IMG/VR virus record: IMGVR_UViG_3300025009_000004
Span: 1-64,000 of that record
Source: a virus
Reading direction: 5' to 3' (one strand)
DNA length: 64,000 bases
In this document: positions 6,802 to 18,301 of the stretch, one piece after another
Layout: each line of letters starts with the position of its first letter
Position numbering within the stretch: position 1 is the first letter of the stretch
Position numbers and translations under genes: made by a program
Notes under the pieces: model-generated
What the model saw: the letters and a program-made list of their open reading frames with translations, nothing else
Database searches by the model: none
What the model was told of the DNA's origin: nothing

Positions 6802-9800
6802 TTCTTGATCTCCTTATTTAGTCTGGCAATTTCTTCTTTATACTCAACCATTCTTTTTCCTTTTCTAAGAAGGGCATCTGTTGCTTTATTGTTTTGTTCC
6901 TTTAGTCTATCGAGTTCTTTCAATAATGCATCAACTTCAAATCTTTTAGCACGAATAAAGTCATCGTTAATTGATAATTCGTCTCGAAGTCTATCGATTT
7001 CCTTGTCTTTTTCTTTATAAAGATTGGCGTTATACTCCTTGTCTTCTTCTACTTTTGCTAAATCTTTCACTAATCCTTGGTTGATTATTGCCATTCTTAT
7101 CGCCGCAGCAATAACTTCATCCCACTTCTCTGGTACAAATAAAAGATAGAAGTCTCCATCTTCCTTGTCCCATATCTCTTTAGGTTCATTTGCTATTATT
7201 ATATCAAGGTCTTGGTTATGTAATTGAACTTGTTTCCTTCTGATTTCTGATTTCATATTCACTCCGCTCTGCAATCTCTGCATTCTTGTTTAAGTTCTTC
7301 TAATTCATCGCTTAGTCTTTTGTTTTCTGCCATTAATCTGCTTAGTTCATCTTCATATGCTTTATTGTATTGTGGGTTTTCTCGCTGCTTTTTTAGATAC
7401 TCATCAAAATCAAATACTTTCTGTGGTTCTTTTTTTTTCTTTTTCATTTTTGCTCCTCATCTCGCCCTCTAACGATTACAATAGGATTGATGTTTCCAAT
7501 AGATTCAACGACCGGAATGCCAAAGAAAAATACACGCTGATTATTAAAGTCATCAATCTCACTACGGTCAAACACTGCTATTCTTTCTGCTTCTTTTTTA
7601 AATACTTCCATGGTCTCGCTATTAAGTTCTATTCTTTTTATCTTGGCGCCTGTGCAATCGCCGTTAACGATGATTTCGTGTAGCTTTTGCAAAACATCTA
7701 TCATCATTTTAATACCATCCCATTTTTGTTTTTATCATTTCCCATATAACTATAAGAACCAGCAATCCCATAATAAATAAAAAAGGAACAAACAAATATG
7801 TGTTCATAAACAAATTAAATCGCGCCTGGACATCTGCATCGCGTTGTTGTTCCATTGCTAAAACTTTAGAGTCTTTAATTATAACCGTTTCAGATGTTGT
7901 AAAGTTATTACCATACTCTTTTTGTATTCTTTTAATGATACCTTTTTTGATTATTATTGCCTCATCTGTTGTCATGCCAGAAAGAATAACGAATGATTTA
8001 TCAGTAGTGATTATAGGATTAAGCAAGAGATCATCCCCCATCTCATTGTCTTGTTTTTCTCTTTCTTTTCGAGCATGCTCTGTCGCGTTGTTTACTACGA
8101 TCATAATTTAATCACATCTCTTTCTGAAACACGGCTTACAATAAAATTTGCCGGCGTCGATCTCTGCGCCACAATCACAGCAATGATGGCCCCTTATGCG
8201 CTGTGTTCTTGCTAATTTATTATACTGCTCATCTAAAACATTGTATGCTTGCTTTAACTCAACTAACTCATTTGCCAGCTTGTTATTTTTTCTTTCGGCT
8301 TGCTTAAGCTCATCCTTTAAATCATCATTTCTCATTGAAAGATGGAAGGCTCTTGTATTAAGAGAAGTATCTGTTGACAAGTGTTCTTTTATGGCGTTTA
8401 ATTCTTTATCTAAAACCTTATTGCTCTGCATCAATAATGACACTTTAATCGTTAAATCTTTATTCTCTTTTTCTAACTTCTCATTTCTTTCCAGCCTATC
8501 ATTTTCGGCATTCATTGCTTGATTCATTTGATAAGTAGATTCTCTTAAGGCTTTAATTGCATTCTCTAAATTATGATTCTCTTTGATAAGATTATTGTAC
8601 TTAAAGTCTATAATATTATACTTTTTATAAATATCGTTTAGCTCCATATTTCTGGCGAGCAAACAGCCTGCGTGGCTTTGTACCATTTTTAGGTCTCTTT
8701 CAAGTTCCTCGATACGCTCTTCTGCATGTTTAATATGTGCGTTACCTAAATCCATCTGTGTTAAAAAATATGCTAACCTTTCATTCATTCTTTTGATTTC
8801 TGGTCTCATTTGATTACTCCTTCTTCAACTTGGTCATTACTTCCTTTTGCTATTTTTCATTAACGCTTTCTTGTAACCTATCGTCTCTCATCTGTGAATG
8901 AGCCTCTTTTGCTTCATTTAAAGTCAGTGGTCTTCCGCATCTTCGTGACATCGCATCTATAAAAAATAAATCAAGCGCCGTTTCTTTATCTATGTTGAAT
9001 GTAATCATTTCTGCTCCTTTGTTTCATCTCTACTTCCGCACTTATATGATACGATAATGCGATTGCCACCAGTGCATAAAAATTCATAATACCCAGAATA
9101 TATTATTTCAATTGTATCTTTTTGACACTCGAAATTTTTACAATATTTACAATCTTTATCATTACATTTAACTGTAGTCATGTTTGCTCCTTACGTTATC
9201 CAACTTTGCTTGTGTCTCCCGTTTCGCAATTACCATCTTCATCGAGGCTAATCTCATATGGATACCCGCACTCTTCTCCACAATTCCAAGAGCAATGATA
9301 ATTTTTGCATCTCATAATATCGCTCCTTACATTAATTTTAATATTGCCTTTTCTGCCTTCTCAACGATCTTAAAGAATTTATCTGCAATGGCCCCTTCAC
9401 AACCATTATACCAAACCAAGGCTTCGTATTTTATATCGTAGAGCATATAAATATCTTGGTTAAAATCTTTTATCTGACTAAATAGTGATTCAAGTTTATA
9501 TTTATTTGCTTCTCTAATTGTTTTCTTTTCTAACTTAACATCGGGAAAAGGTAACTCTCTTTTTGATTTCATTTCTGCTCCTTCTTTGTTACTGTCATAA
9601 ATACTGCTATTGAAATGCAACCTATAAACATTTCGGGACCACCATTAAGAAATTTATTAGCAGCCATTCCATAAGAAAGTAAGCATAACATCTGCTCCCA
9701 ATTACTTAACTTCATTTTGGCTCCTTTCTATATTTTAATTCCCATAATCTTTTCGAATGACTCTTTAAGCATTTTATTATTTGCTTCCAGTTTATTTAAG

Positions 9801-10633
9801 TTTTCTAATATTTCATCGCGTGATATTGACTTACTTAATATTCTATTTTCTAAAAACCTAATATTATCATTCATCTTTTGTGCTATTTCATAAATTTTAT
9901 TAATGCCGTAGTCTGCATCCATTCTTTCATTTCTTATTTCATCAATTATCTCTTCGATATTCCCTAAAAAATCCTCGCCCATTTTAAATCTCCTTTTCTC
10001 TTTTTTTAAATAACTTTGATAAATCCAAACTCTTTACTTTAATCTTATTCTTAGATAATTCATATTCGCCCAGAAGAAACGCATGGCCGGCCATCATAAG
10101 GTTATAATAAAAATCATACTGGCATTCTCTGGAAATATCTATGCTCTGCGTTCTTTTCTTTTTGGCCATTTATTCGCCCCTTAAATCAATTGTTTTCTTT
10201 GTTGATATTATTTGAAGGTCTATGTCATTTCTTTTTGGCTCAAGGCTGGATAAATAAGACTCTATACTCATATGAGAGTTCACGCATCCAGAGTTTGTTA
10301 TCCATGGAGGAAGGGATAATAATCGATATTCTATCATTTCATTATTGACCTTGCCCCACATTTCATTCTGATCCATTATCATTTCTCCTCTACCCATCCC
10401 CCGGTTATTTTCCAAATCTCTTCACCATCATCCTCAAATGCCATTGGTTGTATTTCTTGGATTATAATCTCTGGTCTAACGATCTTTAAATATTGCTGGT
10501 TACTTACAAAATAATTAGCTAAGATAGAATTTACCGCTGCCGCCATTGACGTTCCGTCCACAAGCGCCTTATACTTAATCGCCTTAAATAAATGCTCCTC
10601 AATATGCGCCCTTAAAAATTTCTTCTCATTCAT
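6798..10633 (-). other. Minus-strand operon of more than ten small hypothetical genes (coiled-coil and membrane proteins; RHH-like regulator at 10379-10633)
   Basis: Tightly packed minus-strand ORFs with GGAG RBSs (e.g. 7444-7707, 7709-8104, 8108-8809, 9728-9982, 9984-10169). Confidence 0.7.
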
Positions 10634-10651
10634 CGCTCCCTCCTATTTTTA

Positions 10652-10680
10652 ATTTTATCATATGCTAAATTGAATGTCAA
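10652..10680 (-). promoter_or_regulatory. sigma70/sigmaA-type promoter of the minus-strand operon
   Basis: TTGACA-N17-TAAAAT with TG extension on the minus strand. Confidence 0.8.
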
Positions 10681-10699
10681 GAACTTTTTAAATTATTTT

Positions 10700-11060
10700 T
10701 TACCTGAGTGCTCTTGTGCTCATGCTTAGAGCATTTGTGCTCATGCCGTGAGCACTATTTTTTAAATTTGCTATAGATACGCGCGCGTGATATATCTACT
10801 AATATTACAGAGTATTATGAGTATTAAATACAGAGTATTACAGATATTATAAATAATATTAATAAATACATATAGCTTATAAAATAAAAAGAAAGAGAGT
10901 ATTAATTAACTCTATAATATTATTAAACTAAAACATAAACATAGTATAAGAGCATATCATAACTCTACTCATACTTTAGTGTTACTCTACTATTCTCTTG
11001 TATTTATTCTAACTCTATCTCTTTATCTTTTCTATTAATATTTAAATACCGCTCATAACG
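10700..11060. repeat. Iteron-like direct repeats and AT-rich tract (possible origin)
   Basis: TTGTGCTCATGC x2, TACAGAGTATTA x2, long non-coding AT-rich tract. Confidence 0.45.
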
Positions 11061-11383
11061 CTCAGAGAGGTATCTAAAAACGATTTAGTATTTTTAAGGA
11101 TTCATTTATCGGGGCTTAACTCGATGACCTATTACTTCGCAAGGAAATGATTATTTTAAGGCATAGGTTTGTAATAAATCTTTCATGTTAGCATTCCGCT
11201 CTTTTATTAGCACATCCTTGGTTTAAATATAAAAATAGTTAATAATTTAACTTGACATTTATTTAATCTTATGACCAATTAGCGTTTATAATAGTTTTGA
11301 AGAAGAGAGCAGCATGTTGCTACGCCTATTGGGGAGCGGTTTGTTTTAAGACCTGTCACCAATTAATTTATTTAAGAATTTCC

Positions 11384-11412
11384 TTGACATTCTTTTTAAT
11401 GTGTGGTAAGAT
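11384..11412 (+). promoter_or_regulatory. sigma70/sigmaA-type promoter
   Basis: TTGACA-N17-TAAGAT with TG extension. Confidence 0.7.
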
Positions 11413-11827
11413 TATATTTAAGGAGTGTGATTTATATGAGTAAAGTTTATTTGTGTATTGCTTGCGGAATTGGGCATGTTGATAAAGGAGAAAAATTTTG
11501 TGTCCAGCACAAAATGGGATTATCGCCAGAAGAGAAAGAAGAAATTATTAACAAGTATAATACTGATGAAAAGTTTAGAGAAGTGCATGCTGCCTTTGAA
11601 CGGGAAGAAGAATTGAGGATTAAAGAAGGCTGGATGGGATTTAAGGACTTAAGGTGATTTATGAAATCGTTTATTAAGAAGTTAGTTTACCTTCCTTTTG
11701 CATATGCTGTTTGTTTTTTAGGAGCAATATGTGCATCTACGTTGCTTATGTTTACCATTCTTATCTGTATTCCAATAGCAGTATTTAAATCTAATGGGGA
11801 CGATTTAACCATAGGAAGGCTATAACA

Positions 11828-12691
11828 ATGAGGCATAATTTATGGTTAAACGAAAAAGCAGTAGTAAAAGATTTATCCGAATGCAACAAGCAATATAAAT
11901 CTATTCGTAAAAAGATCGATAGAATACGCACTGAAATAGTCAAGCTACACGATTATATTATTGGAGAGCATTTTGATAAACTATCAGCAATTCAAGCATA
12001 TAATTTAGGCATGATTGGATGTAAGTTTATAAGCAGAGATTTCCCTGGAGATTTTTTGTATAGAGATACTCGCAGAGTGCTACAAAGATATTGTACAAAT
12101 AAAAAAAGAATTGGAAGGGAAAAAGAAATGAGTTTTGATGACAGAGAAGAGTTAATCAAAATATATGGCAGTTTAGATAATGTTCCTCACCAAAAACTTA
12201 TTTTCCTTGATGTTGATGGAGTCCTAAACAACGATATCGATGAAATGGCATGGGAATCTGCTACTCCCATATCTCAGATTAATGTATCAGCGCTTAACGA
12301 GATTATAGATAAACTTACAGAAGAAATAGGAAGCATATCTTTAGTCTTATCATCGACCTGGCGTCTAAGATATTTTAACAAAGAAAACCCTATTGAACAG
12401 ATAAACAAAGATTTTAGCAGCTATGGCATTAAGGCGCCGTTTATAGGCTATACTTCTAGATTTATTGATTGCACGGGTAATAGCTATTATCGTGGCTATG
12501 AAATAGACCATTGGATTAAAAAGAATTGCAATAATTCTTTTGTTTCCTTTGTAATAATAGATGATGATAGTGATATGGCTTCACTGAAGAATCAACATTT
12601 TCGAACAATGCCAGACCTTGGCTTACAGACATACCACTATGATTCGATACTACTAAGAATGAGAGATAAGTTTCCTATTTGTATAAAATAA
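11828..12691 (+). CDS. HAD-superfamily phosphatase (HAD_SAK_2-like), possible internal start at 12128
   Basis: IFLDVDGVLN, VLSSTWR, RGYEI..W, FVIIDDDSDM. Confidence 0.8.
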   Translation: MRHNLWLNEKAVVKDLSECNKQYKSIRKKIDRIRTEIVKLHDYIIGEHFDKLSAIQAYNLGMIGCKFISRDFPGDFLYRDTRRVLQRYCTNKKRIGREKEMSFDDREELIKIYGSLDNVPHQKLIFLDVDGVLNNDIDEMAWESATPISQINVSALNEIIDKLTEEIGSISLVLSSTWRLRYFNKENPIEQINKDFSSYGIKAPFIGYTSRFIDCTGNSYYRGYEIDHWIKKNCNNSFVSFVIIDDDSDMASLKNQHFRTMPDLGLQTYHYDSILLRMRDKFPICIK

Positions 12692-12720
12692 AAATATTTC
12701 ATTTTATTTTCTATTTATTC

Positions 12721-12869
12721 TTGACATCATCATATTTATTTGTTAGGATTATATTGATGACTGATCTCCATTTGTTTATTCCGGTCACTGAATCTAATTC
12801 TTGGATTTCATTGATGTACACGGCCTCCTAAGCAGAAAAGCCTTACTTCGCTCCTTGTAAGGCTTTTTT
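12721..12869 (+). ncRNA. Candidate ~110-nt small RNA (promoter to terminator)
   Basis: TTGACA-N17-TAGGAT at 12721-12749; terminator AAAAGCCTTAC/GTAAGGCTTTT at 12836-12869; no RBS-led ORF between them. Confidence 0.5.
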
Positions 12870-13844
12870 GTTATTTATACCACTTATTATCATTATCTCT
12901 TTTTCCTATACACCTACTATACGCTACCTATCATTATCCTTTTAAATAAGGCCATTTAAGAGCATTACGCTATCAGATTCATCTATTTCCCTTACACTAC
13001 CTATGCACTACCCTATACACCGTGTATAGCGTTTTATGAGTGTTATTACGAGCATATCGCTATGTATTGACCCCAATTATCGTTAACCATCCCTTCGCAT
13101 TAATACGCTTCGCTTTATTAATGCTTCGGCATAATTAACGATAATTACCCCATGCATGTTATGAGAGTTTAGATTGTTTAGAAGAAATAGGTGTCGGTTT
13201 CACCCAACACTTATTTTTTAAAAGTGTTGGGTTGAGCATACATACTATATAAGTAACAGTTACATTATGTAACGCTCTATATCTTGAGCAGAATTTATAG
13301 ATACAACCCTGCCCTATTTACAACAGTTTTAATGTAACGGAATGTCGATGACTTACGGTTACATAGATATGTAATATGTTATTGTAACACTTAAGAGATA
13401 TGCGGAATAATATTACGAAAAGCGTTATGGCCGTAGGGTGGACTAAGAAAGTGGTCCACTTATATATGTGTACTGTTAAGCCCTCATGCCCCTCCAAAAA
13501 ATTCACCTATTACAAACTTCCCTGCTGATATCCCTTTATGCACAGTGTTTTTCAGAACATCGAAATATTCAAACATACTAATAATGCAGCATTTAAGCCA
13601 TGTTTCAATGATATACGATGATAACACTTGATATCATTGGCCTCTCTCGTTATGATATAAATATTCTCAAATTGATACAAATATGGTCAAGCGGTCTTAA
13701 CGTAAAATTACTACCATTATATATTGATTGTATATTATATATATACATTATATAATATACTAATATTCTGATAATACTATATTTAATCTATATTCTGAGA
13801 TTAATCTATAAATTATAAATATTCTATTTAATTTAAAAAATAAC

Positions 13845-13873
13845 TTGATATATGCTATCTTGTGTGGTATAAT
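13845..13873 (+). promoter_or_regulatory. Strong sigma70/sigmaA-type promoter
   Basis: TTGATA-N17-TATAAT, TG extension, AT-rich UP element. Confidence 0.8.
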
Positions 13874-13916
13874 TAAATTAGTTAAGGGTTAATAAATAAG
13901 AAAGGTGGTAAAAAAA

Positions 13917-14111
13917 ATGGTCACTAAAATATCTAAAATGATTGATAGGGATATGATGAGTAATAGCAATAATTCAAAAAACAATCCATTTAACAAATTC
14001 AATCATAATCAATCTAGTAATAACAATCAGTCTAACAACTCTAAAAATCATAATCAATCTAAAAAATCATTTAAAGATATTTTACAAGAAAAAATTAATC
14101 AATTAAAATAG
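13917..14111 (+). CDS. Asn/Ser-rich microprotein
   Basis: AAAGGTGG RBS; C-terminal helix SFKDILQEKINQLK. Confidence 0.6.
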   Translation: MVTKISKMIDRDMMSNSNNSKNNPFNKFNHNQSSNNNQSNNSKNHNQSKKSFKDILQEKINQLK

Positions 14112-14151
14112 TTTATAGGTATCTATAAAAACCTAAAATTTACATTGGAGT

Positions 14152-14718
14152 GTGGATATTATGAAATTAAACTATCAAGAGAAAAAATCAGTAGCGGTTA
14201 ACGAATCGGTCGAAGTAAATTTAACGGCGGGTTTATTAAAGGAAATTATGTCAAAAGTAGATTTACGAATCAAGTCAATTAACGAGGACAAAAATTTAAC
14301 AGTAGAGGAAAAAACAAAGCGAATTGAATCGGTAACGGTCGAATCGTTTACAAAACGATTGATACAAGACATACACAATGCTATTATATCGACCGTACTA
14401 TTAAGCGATAAATCACTCGAAATTAACGGTAAATTGATTAATACCGATAAAAAGCGGATCAATGGCAAGTCAATAATATCGGATATAATAGCATTTACTC
14501 CTGAAATTAACGAATATTTATTAACGGGGCGTGTTACCATAGACGGTAAAAAATTAATGATTCGCAACACACAATACATAATCAGGATCGAAGAGAAAAG
14601 CACTATATGTCATGAATTTATTGATATTAAATCGTTTAATTCGCTTAATAAAGCCGATAAGTTATCAATCGGAAAATCAAAATTTTTTAAGTTTAAAGGT
14701 TATATAATCAATCAGTAG
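14152..14718 (+). CDS. Hypothetical protein
   Basis: 188-aa ORF, GGAG RBS, followed by a terminator. Confidence 0.7.
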   Translation: MDIMKLNYQEKKSVAVNESVEVNLTAGLLKEIMSKVDLRIKSINEDKNLTVEEKTKRIESVTVESFTKRLIQDIHNAIISTVLLSDKSLEINGKLINTDKKRINGKSIISDIIAFTPEINEYLLTGRVTIDGKKLMIRNTQYIIRIEEKSTICHEFIDIKSFNSLNKADKLSIGKSKFFKFKGYIINQ

Positions 14719-14729
14719 TTACTATACCC

Positions 14730-14769
14730 GCCGGCGAATCAATGAAAAACGATTCGACCGGCTTTTATT
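14730..14769 (+). terminator. Intrinsic terminator
   Basis: GCCGGCGAATC/GATTCG-A-CCGGC stem followed by TTTT. Confidence 0.65.
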
Positions 14770-15189
14770 CAATCCATTCTATTTTTGATCTTTAAAAACA
14801 TTTTAATAATACTTTTTATACTCCGATTCAAGGTTAATTTAATTGATTCGTTATTCAGCGAATCAGGCAAAATTAAATTAACTAAAAAATAGTATATATT
14901 CATATATTAAGCGAATCATTTAACTTTATAGGTATTATTATTAATAAGCCGATTCTATACCGTTATTAAACGATATAGCGGTAAAATTGATTGATTATAA
15001 CTATATGGCAGTAAATCAATATTGACTTAATAAGATTTACAATTAAAAAGTATAATCAATAAAAGATTATAAGATTCGTTATAATACCATTAAAAAGCGA
15101 ATCAATCAAAAATATAATCATAAAACAATTATTGAATCGGATTAAATGTAATAAATAAGCAATTCAAAAAGCAGCAAAAACCAGGTTTT

Positions 15190-15820
15190 TGTAGCAGATT
15201 GACTATGCTTAAAAAGTATAGTAAAAATTGCAAGTAAATCGAAATAACCACGATAAGAGTTATTGCTTGTAAGTGGACGATCTAAAGTAGATGAGCGAAA
15301 TAAACCATATATCAAATATGCTAGACTGACCTGCGTTATTTGACTAATGATATATGGTTTATGTTGTGTTATCGAGCACAAACGATCCTCTGGACGGCTG
15401 AGTGAATCCGCCTGGACGATACGGATGCGGCATATCAGTGGAAGACTGATAGACGATGTATTTATCAATGCACTTCAATGAAGCCAGTAGATAACATAAT
15501 TGATAGACGGTGATATTTATATCACTTGATATGTCTATCATAGTGAAGACCGCGATATATGCGGCATTGGTTGGATATGTCGACCATAATAATGGCAACA
15601 CCTGACGGTGACCATAAGAATGGACATAGATGATAGCGGGCATACCAATCCGGTCAAGCTCAGACCGTAACATGTGAGCAATATTCCACATATAGACCGC
15701 ATTGACAATGTGGCTATGTGTGCTGCATAAGACCCAATCGTTAGGATTATGCAGATAAGATAAAATAACGACGGAGACCCGACCGTCATTACAGAAATGT
15801 AGTGGCGGTCGTTTTATTTA
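15190..15820 (+). ncRNA. Candidate large multi-hairpin ncRNA or structured leader
   Basis: At least ten consecutive hairpins including a perfect 15-bp stem (15300-15314/15348-15362); G-U pairs favour the + strand; ends in a GAAA-loop terminator-like hairpin (15780-15819). Confidence 0.6.
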
Positions 15821-16035
15821 GACCAATAAATATAATGGAGGTTTATTATGATTATAGTAAATGGGATTGCTGTATTTCTTACTCTTCATGATTCCATATC
15901 ATTGGTAACACTTAACAACTATAATAATTTCATCGAAGACTGCCCTGACGATCCTGCGATATATGGCGTCCTAGTCTGTGGCGTTGTTGAAACAATTAGA
16001 TCAAACAACACTCTTGTATCTGAGTTACAGATCGC

Positions 16036-16176
16036 ATGGTAAAACCAATTCATCAGATCGTAAGACTAATCGACCAGCCTTATAGACCTATTAAGCAAAT
16101 AGACAAGGTCAAGACGGCCACTCAACCGTCTAATTTTGAGGAACATCTTCAGAGAGCCATCGCTAAATTAAAGTAG
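16036..16176 (+). CDS. 46-aa microprotein resembling the 13917-14111 protein (not in ORF track)
   Basis: MVKPIHQIVRL...SNFEEHLQRAIAKLK. Confidence 0.5.
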   Translation: MVKPIHQIVRLIDQPYRPIKQIDKVKTATQPSNFEEHLQRAIAKLK

Positions 16177-18301
16177 CGGTGGCTTTTAATTTAAAGGAGG
16201 AATAGTTATGTTAAATCTTAGATCAAGTAAAGTCATTGAGGTAACAGACATTAATACAGGCGAAATTTTTCAAATGTCAAATTCAGTAGATGCTCGCACA
16301 ATAATCCTTCGCGCATTTGAACAAGGTCATGAAATATATATCACAAGAAAGGAGGCATAATTATGACAAAATTAGAGGCCATTAAGATATTTAAGAAATA
16401 TGGGATTCTTAACGACATCTTAATGGAGCCACACCACTCCTCCGACTTGGCAGATAGCGCAAAGACAATTATAAAAAAAGCAAACGCGAAGGAGGCGTAA
16501 TCATGAATAAATATATGGCATACGTTTTGAGACATAATCCCGTCTATAAGTACAGACAGGCGATGGCACAGGCAATGTACAACAGAGACTAGGAGGCATT
16601 TATATGTTCACATACTGCCCATTTTGCGGCGAACATAACTGTATCAAAACAAGTAACGAAGACTATCGCATTCTCTATGAGTGCAGACATTGCGATGCCG
16701 CCTGGTATCGCGTTATTAAGGAGAAGTAATATGGAAGCAATATGGCTAAACAAATCCGAATTATATGACAAACTTAAAGAATTAACCGGCTATTCAGGAA
16801 CTAAAATCAGAGTATCAGTCTCTGATGTCCCGCGCACATTACGCTCCTATTGGGATAACGGCTCAAGAACAGGCTTCTCATGCTACGACATGGAAGGCGA
16901 GTTAATCGCTATCGATGTCCAGACAGCACCTGAGCCTTTTGGTAAATCAGTGCCTCCATATATTCCTTCGCCTGATAAGTTTCTTGTCGAGCATGTCACA
17001 TATAACGGCAAAGATTTAGGTCTGCACATTTATCTACACCCACAGCATTTTTTGGTCAAGATGTTACCTATCGAAAAACCTGAAATCAGTAAAAACGAGT
17101 TATTCGTTCTCGTAACGATATGTTCTCTTAAGTCGTTTGCAAGGGCAGACGAGTATCGTGAGGCAGGATTTAAGACTGCCGAAATCGATAAAATTAAAGA
17201 GATTCTATTTCAGCGTGGCTTTATAAATAAGGCCGGCGCTATTACACCGTCAGGCCGTAATGTTGTCGCAACTGCGTTTGATTCGCATTGCGACAGACAG
17301 TCATGGAAGTGGAATTTTAAGAAAGAAAGCGTTATAGATATCACAAAGGAGGCATAATGTTAGCGTTAATTGTTGGACTTATGTTCATAGTGTTAGGTTT
17401 ACTTTACGTTTCATTAGAGGCAACATTCAGATAGGAGAAGAATATGATTAAAATTATAAACCCCAACCAATCACATCCAGAGATAAAACATCTTGAGTCT
17501 GGCGCTACATTCCAGTTGCCACATGGCTCTGGTATCGACACCAACTGGACATGGGTAGATGAAGAAGGAGGTTGCTTGTCGTTTCATAACGAATGGCATG
17601 CGCTCGATAATAATGGCTGCTATTGCGGCTGGATTCCTTTTGAAGTTATCGTCAGATATGACCCAGACAAACAGCGTTTCGACTATAGCGTCACCGTTGA
17701 TGATGGCCAAATCCAATCAATCGTTGAAGGCTATGAAGAAACTGTTGACGACAATGGAGATATCGAAACAAATGCGCCTTATCTCGATGATTTAGCAGAT
17801 GTTATCCATTCTGCTATCGAGGGTTGGAACTGGTATCTTCCGACATTTAAAAGGCATAGGCAAATAGCGAAAAATATTAAACAGATAGAATCTTTATTAG
17901 TTGAAACAGCAGTTAATATGTCCCTTGTCAATAAAGAAATGACCATCCAAAAACTTATAGACACCGTTGAAGTATCTGTAAGTAAATCTACGAATGTTGT
18001 CGTTAAAGATGTCATTTGCAATGCATTGTGGCCTATGCTTACAACAATAGCACAGAATAATAAGGAGGAGTAATTATGTTATCAAGAGCAAACCCTTCTC
18101 ATCAGGCGAGAATGATGTTATACGCAAAATTCATAGACACAGCATGTAAAGCGGCAAATGTAACCAACATGATGGACTTACCACAGTCAATCCGTGACAA
18201 ATGCTGGGTAGACGCAGTATTTGAAACCAGCAAATTTGCCACGAATATGCATGCCGGCATACAAATTAGAAACAAATAAAAAATAAATAAAGGAGATTAA
18301 T

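Noticed and set aside
15142-15789. Three minus-strand ORFs
   Set aside because: No RBS, mutually overlapping, atypical composition; hairpins and G-U polarity favour a + strand RNA.
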